Program-made: the position numbers and the translations under genes
Shown: positions 1 to 7,791 of the stretch, piece after piece
Layout: each line of letters starts with the position of its first letter
Numbering within the stretch: position 1 is the stretch's first letter
Notes under the pieces: generated by a model
The model's database searches: none
What the model was told of the DNA's origin: nothing
The model's input: the letters and a program-made list of their open reading frames with translations, nothing else
Assembly: GCA_963819375.1 (NCBI GenBank)
Contig: CAWFVU010000002.1
Coordinates: forward strand, 430,156 to 494,155
DNA: 64,000 nucleotides
Origin: an uncultured Pseudomonadota bacterium
GTDB lineage: Bacteria; Myxococcota_A; Polyangia; Fen-1088
Direction of reading: 5' to 3'

Positions 1-957
1 GCGGTTCTGCTCGTGATTCCAGAACTGCGGCCGCCCGAGGTTGTAGAAGGCCAGAAAAGCGACGATCGCGCTGGTGGCGAGCGCCGCCGTGACGACCCAG
101 CGGTGCGCCGGCCAGCGCCGCCCCGGGATGGCGGCCCGCGCCGCCGCGAGGAGCGCGATGGCAGCGGCGGTTGCGCGGACGAACGCCACCTCGCGGTTGA
201 CGAGCGGCCACCCGGCGGAGATGGCGTCGACGACGAAGCCGATCGCGAAGAGCGGGAGGAGCGCCGCGAGAGCCAGCACCCATCGCCGCGACCGGACCTG
301 CGTGACCGCCAAGAACAGACCGAACGCTGCAATCAGGTAGAGGAGCGAAGATCGGACGGCGGCCGCCTGGTTCTGGCCAGCCAGGCGGTGCAGCACAGGC
401 GGCATCACGGACGGAGAGTGCTCGAAGAGCTGCAGCTCCGCGACCGAATAGGCCGAGTCGCCGCCGCGAACGGTGAGGCGGACCCAGCGCCCCTGCCCGG
501 AGAGCTGGCTGGCCCAGCGCTGGCGAATCCCCGGTTCGGGGCGCGGCTCAGCGGTCCAAAGTGGAACGAAATTGGAGTGGTCGTCCGAGATCGACACCAC
601 GTACTCGTCATTGTTGTCCCCCTGAAGGTAGGTGGCGGTGATGGGGACGCTGCGGCCAAGGTCGTACTCCACGTAGGCCTTCTCCGAGGTGAACAGCGCG
701 GCGACCGAACTGTTCCATTCATCCCCCTCGAAAGCGCCGACGCCGTCGGTGATCGCGCGGGCGTTGGAGACGCCCGACGAGGACGAGGGGCGGCGGCCCG
801 CGAGGAGGTTGTCGTCGGCCTCCGCGGCGCGTGCGGCGCTCGTCGCCAAAAGCGCGGCGGAGAGAAAGACGAGAGGAAGCAGCAGGGGGGCGATCCGCTT
901 CCGTGGGAGCGGCCAGCGCCGTCGGGGCGAATGTACGAGAATGTGGGTGATCGTCAT
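1..957 (-). CDS. membrane protein with N-terminal signal/anchor, discoidin (F5/8 type C)-like domain and polytopic C-terminal part; 3' end lies beyond base 1
   Basis: Absent from the ORF track because it has no stop inside the window. The reverse strand from ATG 957-955 is open for all 319 codons, with GC-rich third positions. It reads MTITHILVHSPRRRWPLPRKRIAPLLLPLVFLSAALLATSAARA, then AYVEYDLGRSVPITATYLQGDNNDEYVVSISDDHSNFVPLW...RWVRLTVRGGDSAYSVAELQLFE, then hydrophobic helices. The listed + ORF 13..978 is its Arg-rich shadow. Confidence 0.6.
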   Translation of the reverse strand, partial: MTITHILVHSPRRRWPLPRKRIAPLLLPLVFLSAALLATSAARAAEADDNLLAGRRPSSSSGVSNARAITDGVGAFEGDEWNSSVAALFTSEKAYVEYDLGRSVPITATYLQGDNNDEYVVSISDDHSNFVPLWTAEPRPEPGIRQRWASQLSGQGRWVRLTVRGGDSAYSVAELQLFEHSPSVMPPVLHRLAGQNQAAAVRSSLLYLIAAFGLFLAVTQVRSRRWVLALAALLPLFAIGFVVDAISAGWPLVNREVAFVRATAAAIALLAAARAAIPGRRWPAHRWVVTAALATSAIVAFLAFYNLGRPQFWNHEQNR

Positions 958-1137
958 CGGGGGCGGTCCTCGTTGTGACGCCGACTGGCTCGGCGCGCGC
1001 GGCGCCACTCTACCCCAGAGCGCCGTCGAGGTTGCGTCCCCTCAAAGGGGAGGCGGACAGGGCCTTGGCGGGCCGTGTGGTGGCCCACGGCAGAGGCCCA
1101 AAGAGCCAAGCCGCAGCCAAGCCGGCGCCAAGAAAAT

Positions 1138-1166
1138 TTGCAGCAGCGCGCGAGAGGCGTGCTAAT
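1138..1166 (+). promoter_or_regulatory. candidate sigma-70-type promoter of the RRM gene
   Basis: TTGCAG (1138-1143), 17-nt spacer, GCTAAT (1161-1166), inside a locally AT-richer patch (aaaatttg...ctaattttt). It would give a leader of about 130 nt before ATG 1301. Confidence 0.3.
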
Positions 1167-1300
1167 TTTTCGGATGACTCCTTCGTCTCCGTCCTCGTGG
1201 ACGCCGCCGGCAACTGGGCCGGGACGGCCTTCGGTGACCGGAATGTTAGAGGGTTCTGCAGACGGCAGCTCCGTCGGTCACTGAAGCAAACGAGGAAGAA

Positions 1301-1711
1301 ATGGGAACGAGACTCTACGTTGGAAATCTGTCCTACAGCATCACCGAGCTGGATCTGCGCGAGCTGTTCGCGGGTCTCGGCACCGTCACGGACGCCAAGA
1401 TCATCACCGATCGTGAGACGGGGCGCCCGCGCGGCTTCGGCTTCATCGAGATGGCGACCGAGGAAGAGGCGCGCAAGGCCATCGACGAGCTGAACGGCCG
1501 CGACGTCCAGGGACGCCAGGTCGCCGTCAAGGAAGCCGAGGATCGCCGCGGTGGCGGTGGCGGCGGCGGTGGCGGTGGATACGGCGGCGGCGGCGGTGGG
1601 GGCCGTGGCGGCGGCGGCGGTGGATACGGCGGCGGTGGTGGCGGCGGTGGTCGTGGCGGCGGCGGTGGCGGGCGTGGCGGCGGCGGTGGCGGCGGACGTC
1701 AACGCTGGTAG
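1301..1711 (+). CDS. RNA-binding protein: RRM domain plus about 50-aa Gly-rich RGG/GYGG tail
   Basis: RNP2 LYVGNL and RNP1 RGFGFIEM motifs. GAGGAAG lies 4 nt before the ATG. The tail reads DRRGGGGGGGGGGYGGGGGGGRGGGGGGYGGGGGGGGRGG... Confidence 0.9.
   Translation: MGTRLYVGNLSYSITELDLRELFAGLGTVTDAKIITDRETGRPRGFGFIEMATEEEARKAIDELNGRDVQGRQVAVKEAEDRRGGGGGGGGGGYGGGGGGGRGGGGGGYGGGGGGGGRGGGGGGRGGGGGGGRQRW
1547..1698 (+). repeat. imperfect (GGC GGY GGY)n coding microsatellite for the Gly-rich tail
   Basis: Runs of ggtggcggtggcggcggcggtggcggtggatacggcggcggc, repeated with small variations. Confidence 0.8.
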
Positions 1712-1771
1712 CCCAAACGTAGCGCCGCGCGACGTTCGCGCGGGCTGCAGGTTTCCAAGGTTCCAAAAGAG

Positions 1772-1802
1772 AGCCCGCCCCCAAAGGCGGGCTTTCTCTT
1801 TA
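1772..1802 (+). terminator. rho-independent terminator of the RRM gene
   Basis: Perfect 8-bp stem AGCCCGCC / GGCGGGCT (1772-1779 / 1786-1793), 6-nt loop, then TTCTCTTTAT. Confidence 0.75.
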
Positions 1803-1835
1803 TCTGAGGCATGACTTCTGGAGGCACGACCGCCG

Positions 1836-2447
1836 ATGCCGGAGACGCTGCTCCTTTATACCGACTTCGTTTGCCCGTTCTGCTTCATCGCCGAGCAGAG
1901 CACGGTGCCGCGGCTGCTCGCCGCGTTCGATCTGACCCTCGACTGGCACGGGTTCGAGCTGCACCCGAACACGCCGCGCGGCGGGCTGTCGCTCTCGCGG
2001 TTGTTCCCCGGCGTGCCGCTCCCGGCGCTGCACGAGCGGACCCGTCAGTTCGCGTCGCGGTTCGGGGTGAGGGACTTCAATCCACCGGACGACCTGCACA
2101 ACACGCGGCGTGCCCTGGCGATCGCGGAGCTCGCGCGCGATCGAGGATGTCTGGAGCCGTTCCGTGCCGCTGCCTTCGAAGCGCACTGGCGGCTGGGGAA
2201 GAACCTCGAGGACGACGGGGACCTCGCCGCGATCGCCGCCGCGGCGGGGCTGCCGCGCGACGAGGCGCTCCGCGCCGCCGACGATCCGGCGATCCTGGCG
2301 CGGATCGACCAGAAGCAGGCCCAGGCCAGGGAGCGCGGCATCGCCGGAATTCCCACGTTCATCATCGCCGGCGAAGAGCTCGTCGGCTGCCAGCCTTACG
2401 AGGTCCTGGCCGCGGCCGCCGAACGCGCGGGCGTCCGCCGCCGCTGA
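1836..2447 (+). CDS. DsbA-family thiol:disulfide oxidoreductase (FrnE/HCCA-isomerase-like)
   Basis: CPFC active site near the N-terminus (LYTDFVCPFCF). C-terminal GIAGIPTFIIAGEELVGCQPYEVL is typical of the DsbA fold. Confidence 0.85.
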   Translation: MPETLLLYTDFVCPFCFIAEQSTVPRLLAAFDLTLDWHGFELHPNTPRGGLSLSRLFPGVPLPALHERTRQFASRFGVRDFNPPDDLHNTRRALAIAELARDRGCLEPFRAAAFEAHWRLGKNLEDDGDLAAIAAAAGLPRDEALRAADDPAILARIDQKQAQARERGIAGIPTFIIAGEELVGCQPYEVLAAAAERAGVRRR

Positions 2448-2473
2448 TTCGCCCGGTCTTCCTTAGGGCCGCC

Positions 2474-2890
2474 TCAGGGCGGCGTGCTCTCAGGCGGGAC
2501 CGCGTCGCAGCTCGGCGGCTCCGCCGGAGGGACTTCTTCGATGAAGTCGCTCGGCGGAGGGACCGGTGGCGCTGGCGCGGCGGTTTGTTGGCCACCCGCG
2601 AAGGCGCCCGAAGCTGGCGAGGCCGTGCTGCGCGCCGAGTAGAAGTTCGGCACACCGACCAGCTGATCCTGCGACGACATTCCCTGTTCAGGCACGACGA
2701 TGCGCTCCACCCGGGCGGTCCGGTACCCCGGCGCCGCCGTGGCACATCCGGCGCCCAGGAGCCCGACCGTCAGTCCGAGGCCACCAAGGGCGCGGATCAG
2801 CCCACCAACCCTCGACCCACAAACGCCGGTGCGCGAGAGAAACTTCAACGCGCTGCCCTCCTTCCCCGCTCCAATGTTCAAGGTTCTCAT
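2474..2890 (-). CDS. hypothetical lipoprotein, Pro-rich C-terminus
   Basis: I prefer the internal ATG 2890 (MRTLNIG...). Lipobox LLGAGC follows a hydrophobic stretch. No recognisable domain. Confidence 0.55.
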   Translation of the reverse strand: MRTLNIGAGKEGSALKFLSRTGVCGSRVGGLIRALGGLGLTVGLLGAGCATAAPGYRTARVERIVVPEQGMSSQDQLVGVPNFYSARSTASPASGAFAGGQQTAAPAPPVPPPSDFIEEVPPAEPPSCDAVPPESTPP

Positions 2891-3062
2891 GAGGTCCGGA
2901 AATGCAACCTCTGGCGCGGGACCCGGCAAAAAGCTGCCGCTGCGGATGGGGTCTTGCTTTCACCCCCCGTGCGGCGGATTCTCAAAACCTTCGAGCCTGG
3001 CGGGTGCCTCGTGCCTGCCCCAGGTCGTCCCGGCTACCGTCCAGTTGCCCGAGGAGATCGTC

Positions 3063-4076
3063 ATGAAGCCTCACTCGCGTTCGTCCCTCTTGCTGCGGGG
3101 CCTCGGCGCCTGCCTGACCCTGGTGGGCGCGCTCGTCGCAGCGCCGAGCGTCGCGCGGGCCCACATCAAGATGTCGTTGCCGCTGGACTGGATCACGACC
3201 AACTCCGAAGGCGATCCACAAAAGATCACGCCCTGCGGCGTCGATCCAACGATGCCGTCGACGTTCACGGTCACGAACGCCGTCACCACCCTCCACGTCG
3301 GCGACAAGGTGACGTTCAATTGGACGGAGACCGTTCCCCACGATGGCCACTTTCGGATCGCGCTGGCGATCAACTCGCGCGACGAGCTGACGGATCCCGT
3401 CGTCACGCAGATGAACTCGGACGGGACGGCGGCCGCGGTCGCGATCTCGACGGCCCTCCCGGTGCTGGCCGACAACCTGTTCCCCCACACGGCCGCCTCC
3501 GTTTCGCCCGGCAAGGCCTACACCACCTCGATCATCATCCCCAACACCCCCTGCACGAAGTGCACGCTGCAGCTTCTGCAGTTCATGGCCAATCACCCGC
3601 TCGACCCGTCGTACTTTTATCATCAGTGCGCTGACGTGACGATCTTGGCGGCCAGCGGCAGCGGCGGCACGAGCGGCGCGACCGGCGGCAGCAGCGGAGC
3701 CGCTGGCAAGACTGGCGGGACCGGCGGAGCCGGTGGCAAGACTGGTGGGACCGGCGGCGTGATCACGGGCACCGGCGGCAGCAACAACGGCAGCGGCGGC
3801 GCGGCGAGCGGCACCGGCGGCGCGACGAGCGGCAGCGGCGGCGCGACGAGTGGCACCGGCGGGGCGGTGGCGACCGGCACCGGTGGCAGTGCGGTAGGCA
3901 GCGGGGGCACCGCGGCGACCGGCAGCGGCGGCAGCGGCACCGGCGGCAGCGCCGAGGGCGGCGGGTCGAGCGGCGGCTGCGCCTGTCAGCTCGGCGCGGC
4001 GAACGGGAGCCTGACCGGACTCGGTCTCCTGGGCGTCGCTCTCCTCTGCGTCCGCCGGCGCCGGCGCACTCGCTGA
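3063..4076 (+). CDS. secreted polysaccharide-monooxygenase-like protein (mature N-terminal His) with Gly/Thr/Ser linker and MYXO-CTERM sorting tag
   Basis: ATG 3063 is preceded by GAGGAG. The signal peptide ends ...APSVARA|HIKMS, so His would be residue 1 of the mature protein. A second His cluster is TETVPHDGHF. The C-terminus GGCACQLG...LLGVALLCVRRRRRTR is Cys motif + TM + Arg cluster. The listed ORF start 2700 is an upstream extension. Confidence 0.7.
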   Translation: MKPHSRSSLLLRGLGACLTLVGALVAAPSVARAHIKMSLPLDWITTNSEGDPQKITPCGVDPTMPSTFTVTNAVTTLHVGDKVTFNWTETVPHDGHFRIALAINSRDELTDPVVTQMNSDGTAAAVAISTALPVLADNLFPHTAASVSPGKAYTTSIIIPNTPCTKCTLQLLQFMANHPLDPSYFYHQCADVTILAASGSGGTSGATGGSSGAAGKTGGTGGAGGKTGGTGGVITGTGGSNNGSGGAASGTGGATSGSGGATSGTGGAVATGTGGSAVGSGGTAATGSGGSGTGGSAEGGGSSGGCACQLGAANGSLTGLGLLGVALLCVRRRRRTR

Positions 4077-4546
4077 TGACGGGCGACTGGTCCGAGACAC
4101 TCGTTCGGATGACGGTGGCCGTCCTGGCCTCGGGCCTGATCGGCTGGGATCGGCAGCGGAGCGGCCAGCCGGCGGGTCTGCGGACGCACATGCTGGTCGG
4201 GCTCGGCGCGGCGCTGATGGTGTCGATTCCCCTCGGCAGCGGCATGGCGGACGCCAGCCGCGCGGTTCAAGGGGTGGCGACCGGCATCGGGTTTCTTTGC
4301 GCGGGCGACATCCTTCACCACGTCCGCGACGGAAACGAACGGGTCAAGGGGTTGACCTCGGCGGCCTCACTCTGGGTCACCGCCGCGATCGGGATGGTGG
4401 CGGCGGTCGGACAATGGCGGTACGTCGTCATCGGCACGATCGGGACGCTGTTGATCTTGATCGTGATGCACCCGCTGGAGCGGTTCCTGGTCCGGACTCA
4501 CGTCCCCACGCCCGAGCCCGTTCCCGCGCCCGACGACGAACGATAA
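4076..4546 (+). CDS. mgtC: MgtC/SapB family membrane protein
   Basis: LASGLIGWDRQRSGQPAGLRTHMLVGLGAAL is the family signature. The start overlaps the upstream stop (TGATG). Confidence 0.85.
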   Translation: MTGDWSETLVRMTVAVLASGLIGWDRQRSGQPAGLRTHMLVGLGAALMVSIPLGSGMADASRAVQGVATGIGFLCAGDILHHVRDGNERVKGLTSAASLWVTAAIGMVAAVGQWRYVVIGTIGTLLILIVMHPLERFLVRTHVPTPEPVPAPDDER

Positions 4547-4565
4547 AACGGTATGCTGGGCGGAC

Positions 4566-5162
4566 ATGTCGCCCACGCCGATCAAACGCTGCTTCTGGGC
4601 CGGTGACGACCCCCAGATGATCGCCTACCACGACGAGGAGTGGGGCGTCCCGATCCACGACGATCGGCGCTGGTACGAAAAGCTTCTGCTCGACGGGGCG
4701 CAGGCCGGCCTCTCCTGGTCGACGATCTTGCGCAAACGCGAGGGGTACCGCAAAGCCTTCGCCGGGTTCGACCCCGCCAAGATCGCGCGCTTCACCGACA
4801 AGGACGTCACACGCCTCATGGCGGACGCCGGGATCGTCCGCAACCGGCTCAAGATCCGCTCGGCCATCGGCAACGCGCGCGCCTTCCTGGCGCTGCAAGA
4901 CGAGCACGGCTCGTTCGACGCCTGGATCTGGCGCTTCGTCGGCGGCAAGCCGATCCGAGGGAACGTCCGGGGGCGGGGTGACATCCTCGCGCGCACGCCG
5001 CTGTCAGATGCGCTCTCGCGCGAGCTCCGCAGCCGCGGCTTCAACTTCGTCGGCTCGACGATCATCTACGCCTTCATGCAGGCGGGCGGCCTCGTCAACG
5101 ATCACACGGTCCGCTGCTTCCGCCGGGCGCAAGTGGCGACGCTCGCCGCCAGGAGACGGTGA
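4566..5162 (+). CDS. tag: DNA-3-methyladenine glycosylase I
   Basis: KRCFWAGDDPQMIAYHDEEWGVP, LLLDGAQAGLSWSTIL, IVRNRLKI, and C-terminal VNDH..C. Confidence 0.92.
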   Translation: MSPTPIKRCFWAGDDPQMIAYHDEEWGVPIHDDRRWYEKLLLDGAQAGLSWSTILRKREGYRKAFAGFDPAKIARFTDKDVTRLMADAGIVRNRLKIRSAIGNARAFLALQDEHGSFDAWIWRFVGGKPIRGNVRGRGDILARTPLSDALSRELRSRGFNFVGSTIIYAFMQAGGLVNDHTVRCFRRAQVATLAARRR

Positions 5163-5199
5163 CGGCGAGACGCCGAAGTCGATCGCCCTGGCGCGCGGC

Positions 5200-6960
5200 C
5201 TAGTGCATCAGCTTGGTCGCCGAGCAGACACCGGCGGAGCAGACGGCCGCCTGGCAGCTCGGCACGGGGGCCGCGCAGACGCTGGTCGGGGCGGCGGGGC
5301 AGGACCCGGCGTAGAGCTGGATCAGGTCGAAGTCAGCTGACCCTGTGTTGAAGTTCTCGTCGTCGATGAAGACGTCGGGGGCGCCGGCGTCCATGGTGAA
5401 CGACTTCGTGTACCAATGCCAGTTGCCGTCGGGGGTGACCGTCGTGACGAGGTCGTTGTTGGGGTAGCCGGTGGTGAAGCCGTCGAGGCCCATCAGCCAG
5501 TGCTCCAGCCCCGTGATATTGCCGGCGGCGTCGGAGACCTGAATCCCCAGGAAGGGGACCGCGTCCGGGGTGCCGCGGATCCAGGCGGTCAGGCAATAGG
5601 ACGCGCCGCTGTTCACGGAGATGCCCACTGGGGTGAAGACGCGGCCGCCCGCGGAGGGGATCGACTCGCGCTGGAACATGTCGCAAGCCGAGGCCTCGCT
5701 GACGAGCGTGATCGGGTTGAGGTCCTTCGGCTGCCAGGCGCCGCTGCCGGACTCCCAGCTCTCGCTGAAGACGATGGCCGAGTCGCACGAGCTGCCGCAG
5801 ACGTTCCCGCAGGCACCGCAGTTGCCGACGCTGCCGGTCAGGTCCTGTTCGCAGCCGTTGGCGGCGTTGCCGTCGCAATCCGCGAACCCGCTCGCGCACT
5901 TGGGCGAGCCACAGACGCCGCCCGTGCACATCCCTGCGGCGTTGGCCAGGGCGCAAGAGGTCCCGTCCGGCGCGGCCGTCGTCTGGCAGCCGTTGAGGGG
6001 ATCGCAGATGCCGACCGAGCAGGGCCCGGTGCCGCCACACGCTGGCGCAGCGCCGGGGGTGCAGACACCCGCCTGGCAGGTCTCCGCACCGTTGCAAGCG
6101 TTGCCGTCCGAGCAGGAGGCGCCGTCCGGGGCCGCGGTCACTCCGCACGCACCTGTCGACGGATCGCACATGCTGGCGACGTGGCAGGCATCGGGTGCCG
6201 CGCAGCTGGCGCCGTTGCCCGGGCAGGAGCAAACATCCGGCTGCTGCAGCGTCACGTGCCCGTGGCAGTCGAACTCCTGCGGATCGCAGTCGCTGAGCTT
6301 GTAGTTGCAGTGCGGCGGCGTCGGGCCCGTAGGCTTCGCGACGACCGGCACCGGGACCGGCGGGTTGTAGATGGTGGGACAGTTGTCTTTCCAGTCGGGG
6401 ACGCCGTCGCCGTCCTGATCGGCCGCCGAGCGTTCGATGCGAAAGATGATCGGGAGGATCTCGCCCTCCACGACCGGCGTGAAGTGCTTGAGGTCGACGC
6501 CCTTCAGATCGGAGACCTTCTTCACGACGGCGACATCAGCGGCGCCGAGCTCGTTGTCGTCCACCAGCACGCGCACCCGGTAGTGGTTGGCCGGGTCGAG
6601 GGCGCTGGTGTTGTAGCGGGCGATGTAGAACTCTCGCCAGGGGTGGCGCCGGACGCCGTGGGCGTCGCCGGTCAAGGTCGCGACGTTGGCGAGCGTGGAG
6701 CCGCTCGTCGGATCGACCTGATCGATGCGAACCGTCGGCGAGAGATCGGGATCGAACACCCCTCCGAAGTGAGCCGGGACGCTCCAGGAGATCGGAGGCA
6801 GGAAGTAGAAACCGAGCTTCGCGCCGCTCGTCTGCGAACGGTTGAGGACCAGCGGCTCCGACGCGGTCTGGGTGACGTCCGTCGACGGGTTCATGCAGCC
6901 CGTCCAGACCACCGCTCCGATCGCAACTGCCAGGAGGGAACGAGAAGAAACACGCTTCAT
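5200..6960 (-). CDS. Cys-rich lipoprotein: TSP type-3 Ca-binding repeat, myxobacterial Cys-rich repeats, C-terminal CBM-like jelly-roll
   Basis: Lipobox VWTGC. DQDGDGVPDWKDNCPTIYNP (TSP3). Repeated C..PDAC.....CDP.TG.C units. C-terminal part FSESWESGSGAWQP...CLTAWIRG...DFDLIQLY. Strong RBS AAGGAGAAGG. Confidence 0.7.
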   Translation of the reverse strand: MKRVSSRSLLAVAIGAVVWTGCMNPSTDVTQTASEPLVLNRSQTSGAKLGFYFLPPISWSVPAHFGGVFDPDLSPTVRIDQVDPTSGSTLANVATLTGDAHGVRRHPWREFYIARYNTSALDPANHYRVRVLVDDNELGAADVAVVKKVSDLKGVDLKHFTPVVEGEILPIIFRIERSAADQDGDGVPDWKDNCPTIYNPPVPVPVVAKPTGPTPPHCNYKLSDCDPQEFDCHGHVTLQQPDVCSCPGNGASCAAPDACHVASMCDPSTGACGVTAAPDGASCSDGNACNGAETCQAGVCTPGAAPACGGTGPCSVGICDPLNGCQTTAAPDGTSCALANAAGMCTGGVCGSPKCASGFADCDGNAANGCEQDLTGSVGNCGACGNVCGSSCDSAIVFSESWESGSGAWQPKDLNPITLVSEASACDMFQRESIPSAGGRVFTPVGISVNSGASYCLTAWIRGTPDAVPFLGIQVSDAAGNITGLEHWLMGLDGFTTGYPNNDLVTTVTPDGNWHWYTKSFTMDAGAPDVFIDDENFNTGSADFDLIQLYAGSCPAAPTSVCAAPVPSCQAAVCSAGVCSATKLMH

Positions 6961-7158
6961 GGGGCCTTCTCCTTGCTAGTTCCGCGGCTTCAACAACGTT
7001 TGGCATCATACGTCTGAAGCACAGCAGTGAGAAGGGAAATGTAATAAAACTTACGTCTTACTAAGGCATACAAGTTCCGACATGAGCGCTCAATTAACCA
7101 CAGAACGGTGACAGTGCTCGCAGGTGCGCGTGCAAATTGTTGATAATATTGGAATTAC

Positions 7159-7734
7159 TTAGGATCCTGGGCGGGTCTCGCCGCCGAGCTTGGCAAGGAG
7201 CTCTGGAATGGGGATGCCGGCGGCATGACGAGCGGCGTTACGGCCGGTAGAAAATGTCCGGGACCTCATCCGGTCGATGTAGAGCGTTCCGCCGAGGTGG
7301 TCGATCTCGTGCTGGAGGATCCGGGCGTACCAGCCGTGCGCCGCGATGGTGATCGCTTCGCCGCGATGGTCGAGCGCCGCCACCTGGACCGTACGGGCGC
7401 GGGGAACGACCGCCTGGAAGCCTTCGACGCTGAGGCATCCCTCGAAGAAATCGATCATCTCCCCGCCGAGCGTGAGCCGCGGGTTGGCGATGACGTGGAA
7501 GGGAACCGGCGCGCGCTCGGTCGCCTCGATCTCGGCGACATCTTCGATCACCGCGAGCTGGAGTGGCAGCCCGATCTGCGGCGCCGCCAGTCCCACGCCG
7601 GGCGCGTCGCGCATCGTCTCGCGCATCAGCTCGATGAGCTGCTGAATCTCGGCGCTGGCGATCTCGGTGGCGGTGAGCGGGCGCGCCGCCTGCCGCAGGA
7701 CGGGCTCCCCAGCCTGGACGATCTTGAGGTTCAT
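7159..7734 (-). CDS. def: peptide deformylase
   Basis: All three PDF motifs are present: [26 protein letters not shown]. Confidence 0.95.
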   Translation of the reverse strand: MNLKIVQAGEPVLRQAARPLTATEIASAEIQQLIELMRETMRDAPGVGLAAPQIGLPLQLAVIEDVAEIEATERAPVPFHVIANPRLTLGGEMIDFFEGCLSVEGFQAVVPRARTVQVAALDHRGEAITIAAHGWYARILQHEIDHLGGTLYIDRMRSRTFSTGRNAARHAAGIPIPELLAKLGGETRPGS

Positions 7735-7791
7735 CCGGCCAGTGTAGAGGATCGAGCCTCAGCGGGGGACCCTCGGACGGTCGCGCTCTCT

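Noticed and set aside
1547-1698. Short-period GGC/GGT repeats, and the linker repeats, as possible CRISPR arrays or VNTR mobile DNA
   Set aside because: The period is 3-36 nt and in frame with coding sequence. There are no unique spacers and no cas genes. These are coding low-complexity tracts.
1811-3634. 607-aa + strand ORF spanning the DsbA gene, a lipoprotein gene and the LPMO-like gene
   Set aside because: The translation is dominated by Arg/Ala/Gly/Pro (RRGAPRRRRSGDPG...). It has no motifs, and it overlaps three well-supported genes in other frames or on the other strand. This is a typical high-GC shadow ORF.
6961-7158. The AT-rich island as an insertion-sequence remnant or small gene
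   Set aside because: I could find no ORF of meaningful length, no terminal inverted repeats and no target-site duplication. It is kept only as a regulatory-region curiosity in the findings.
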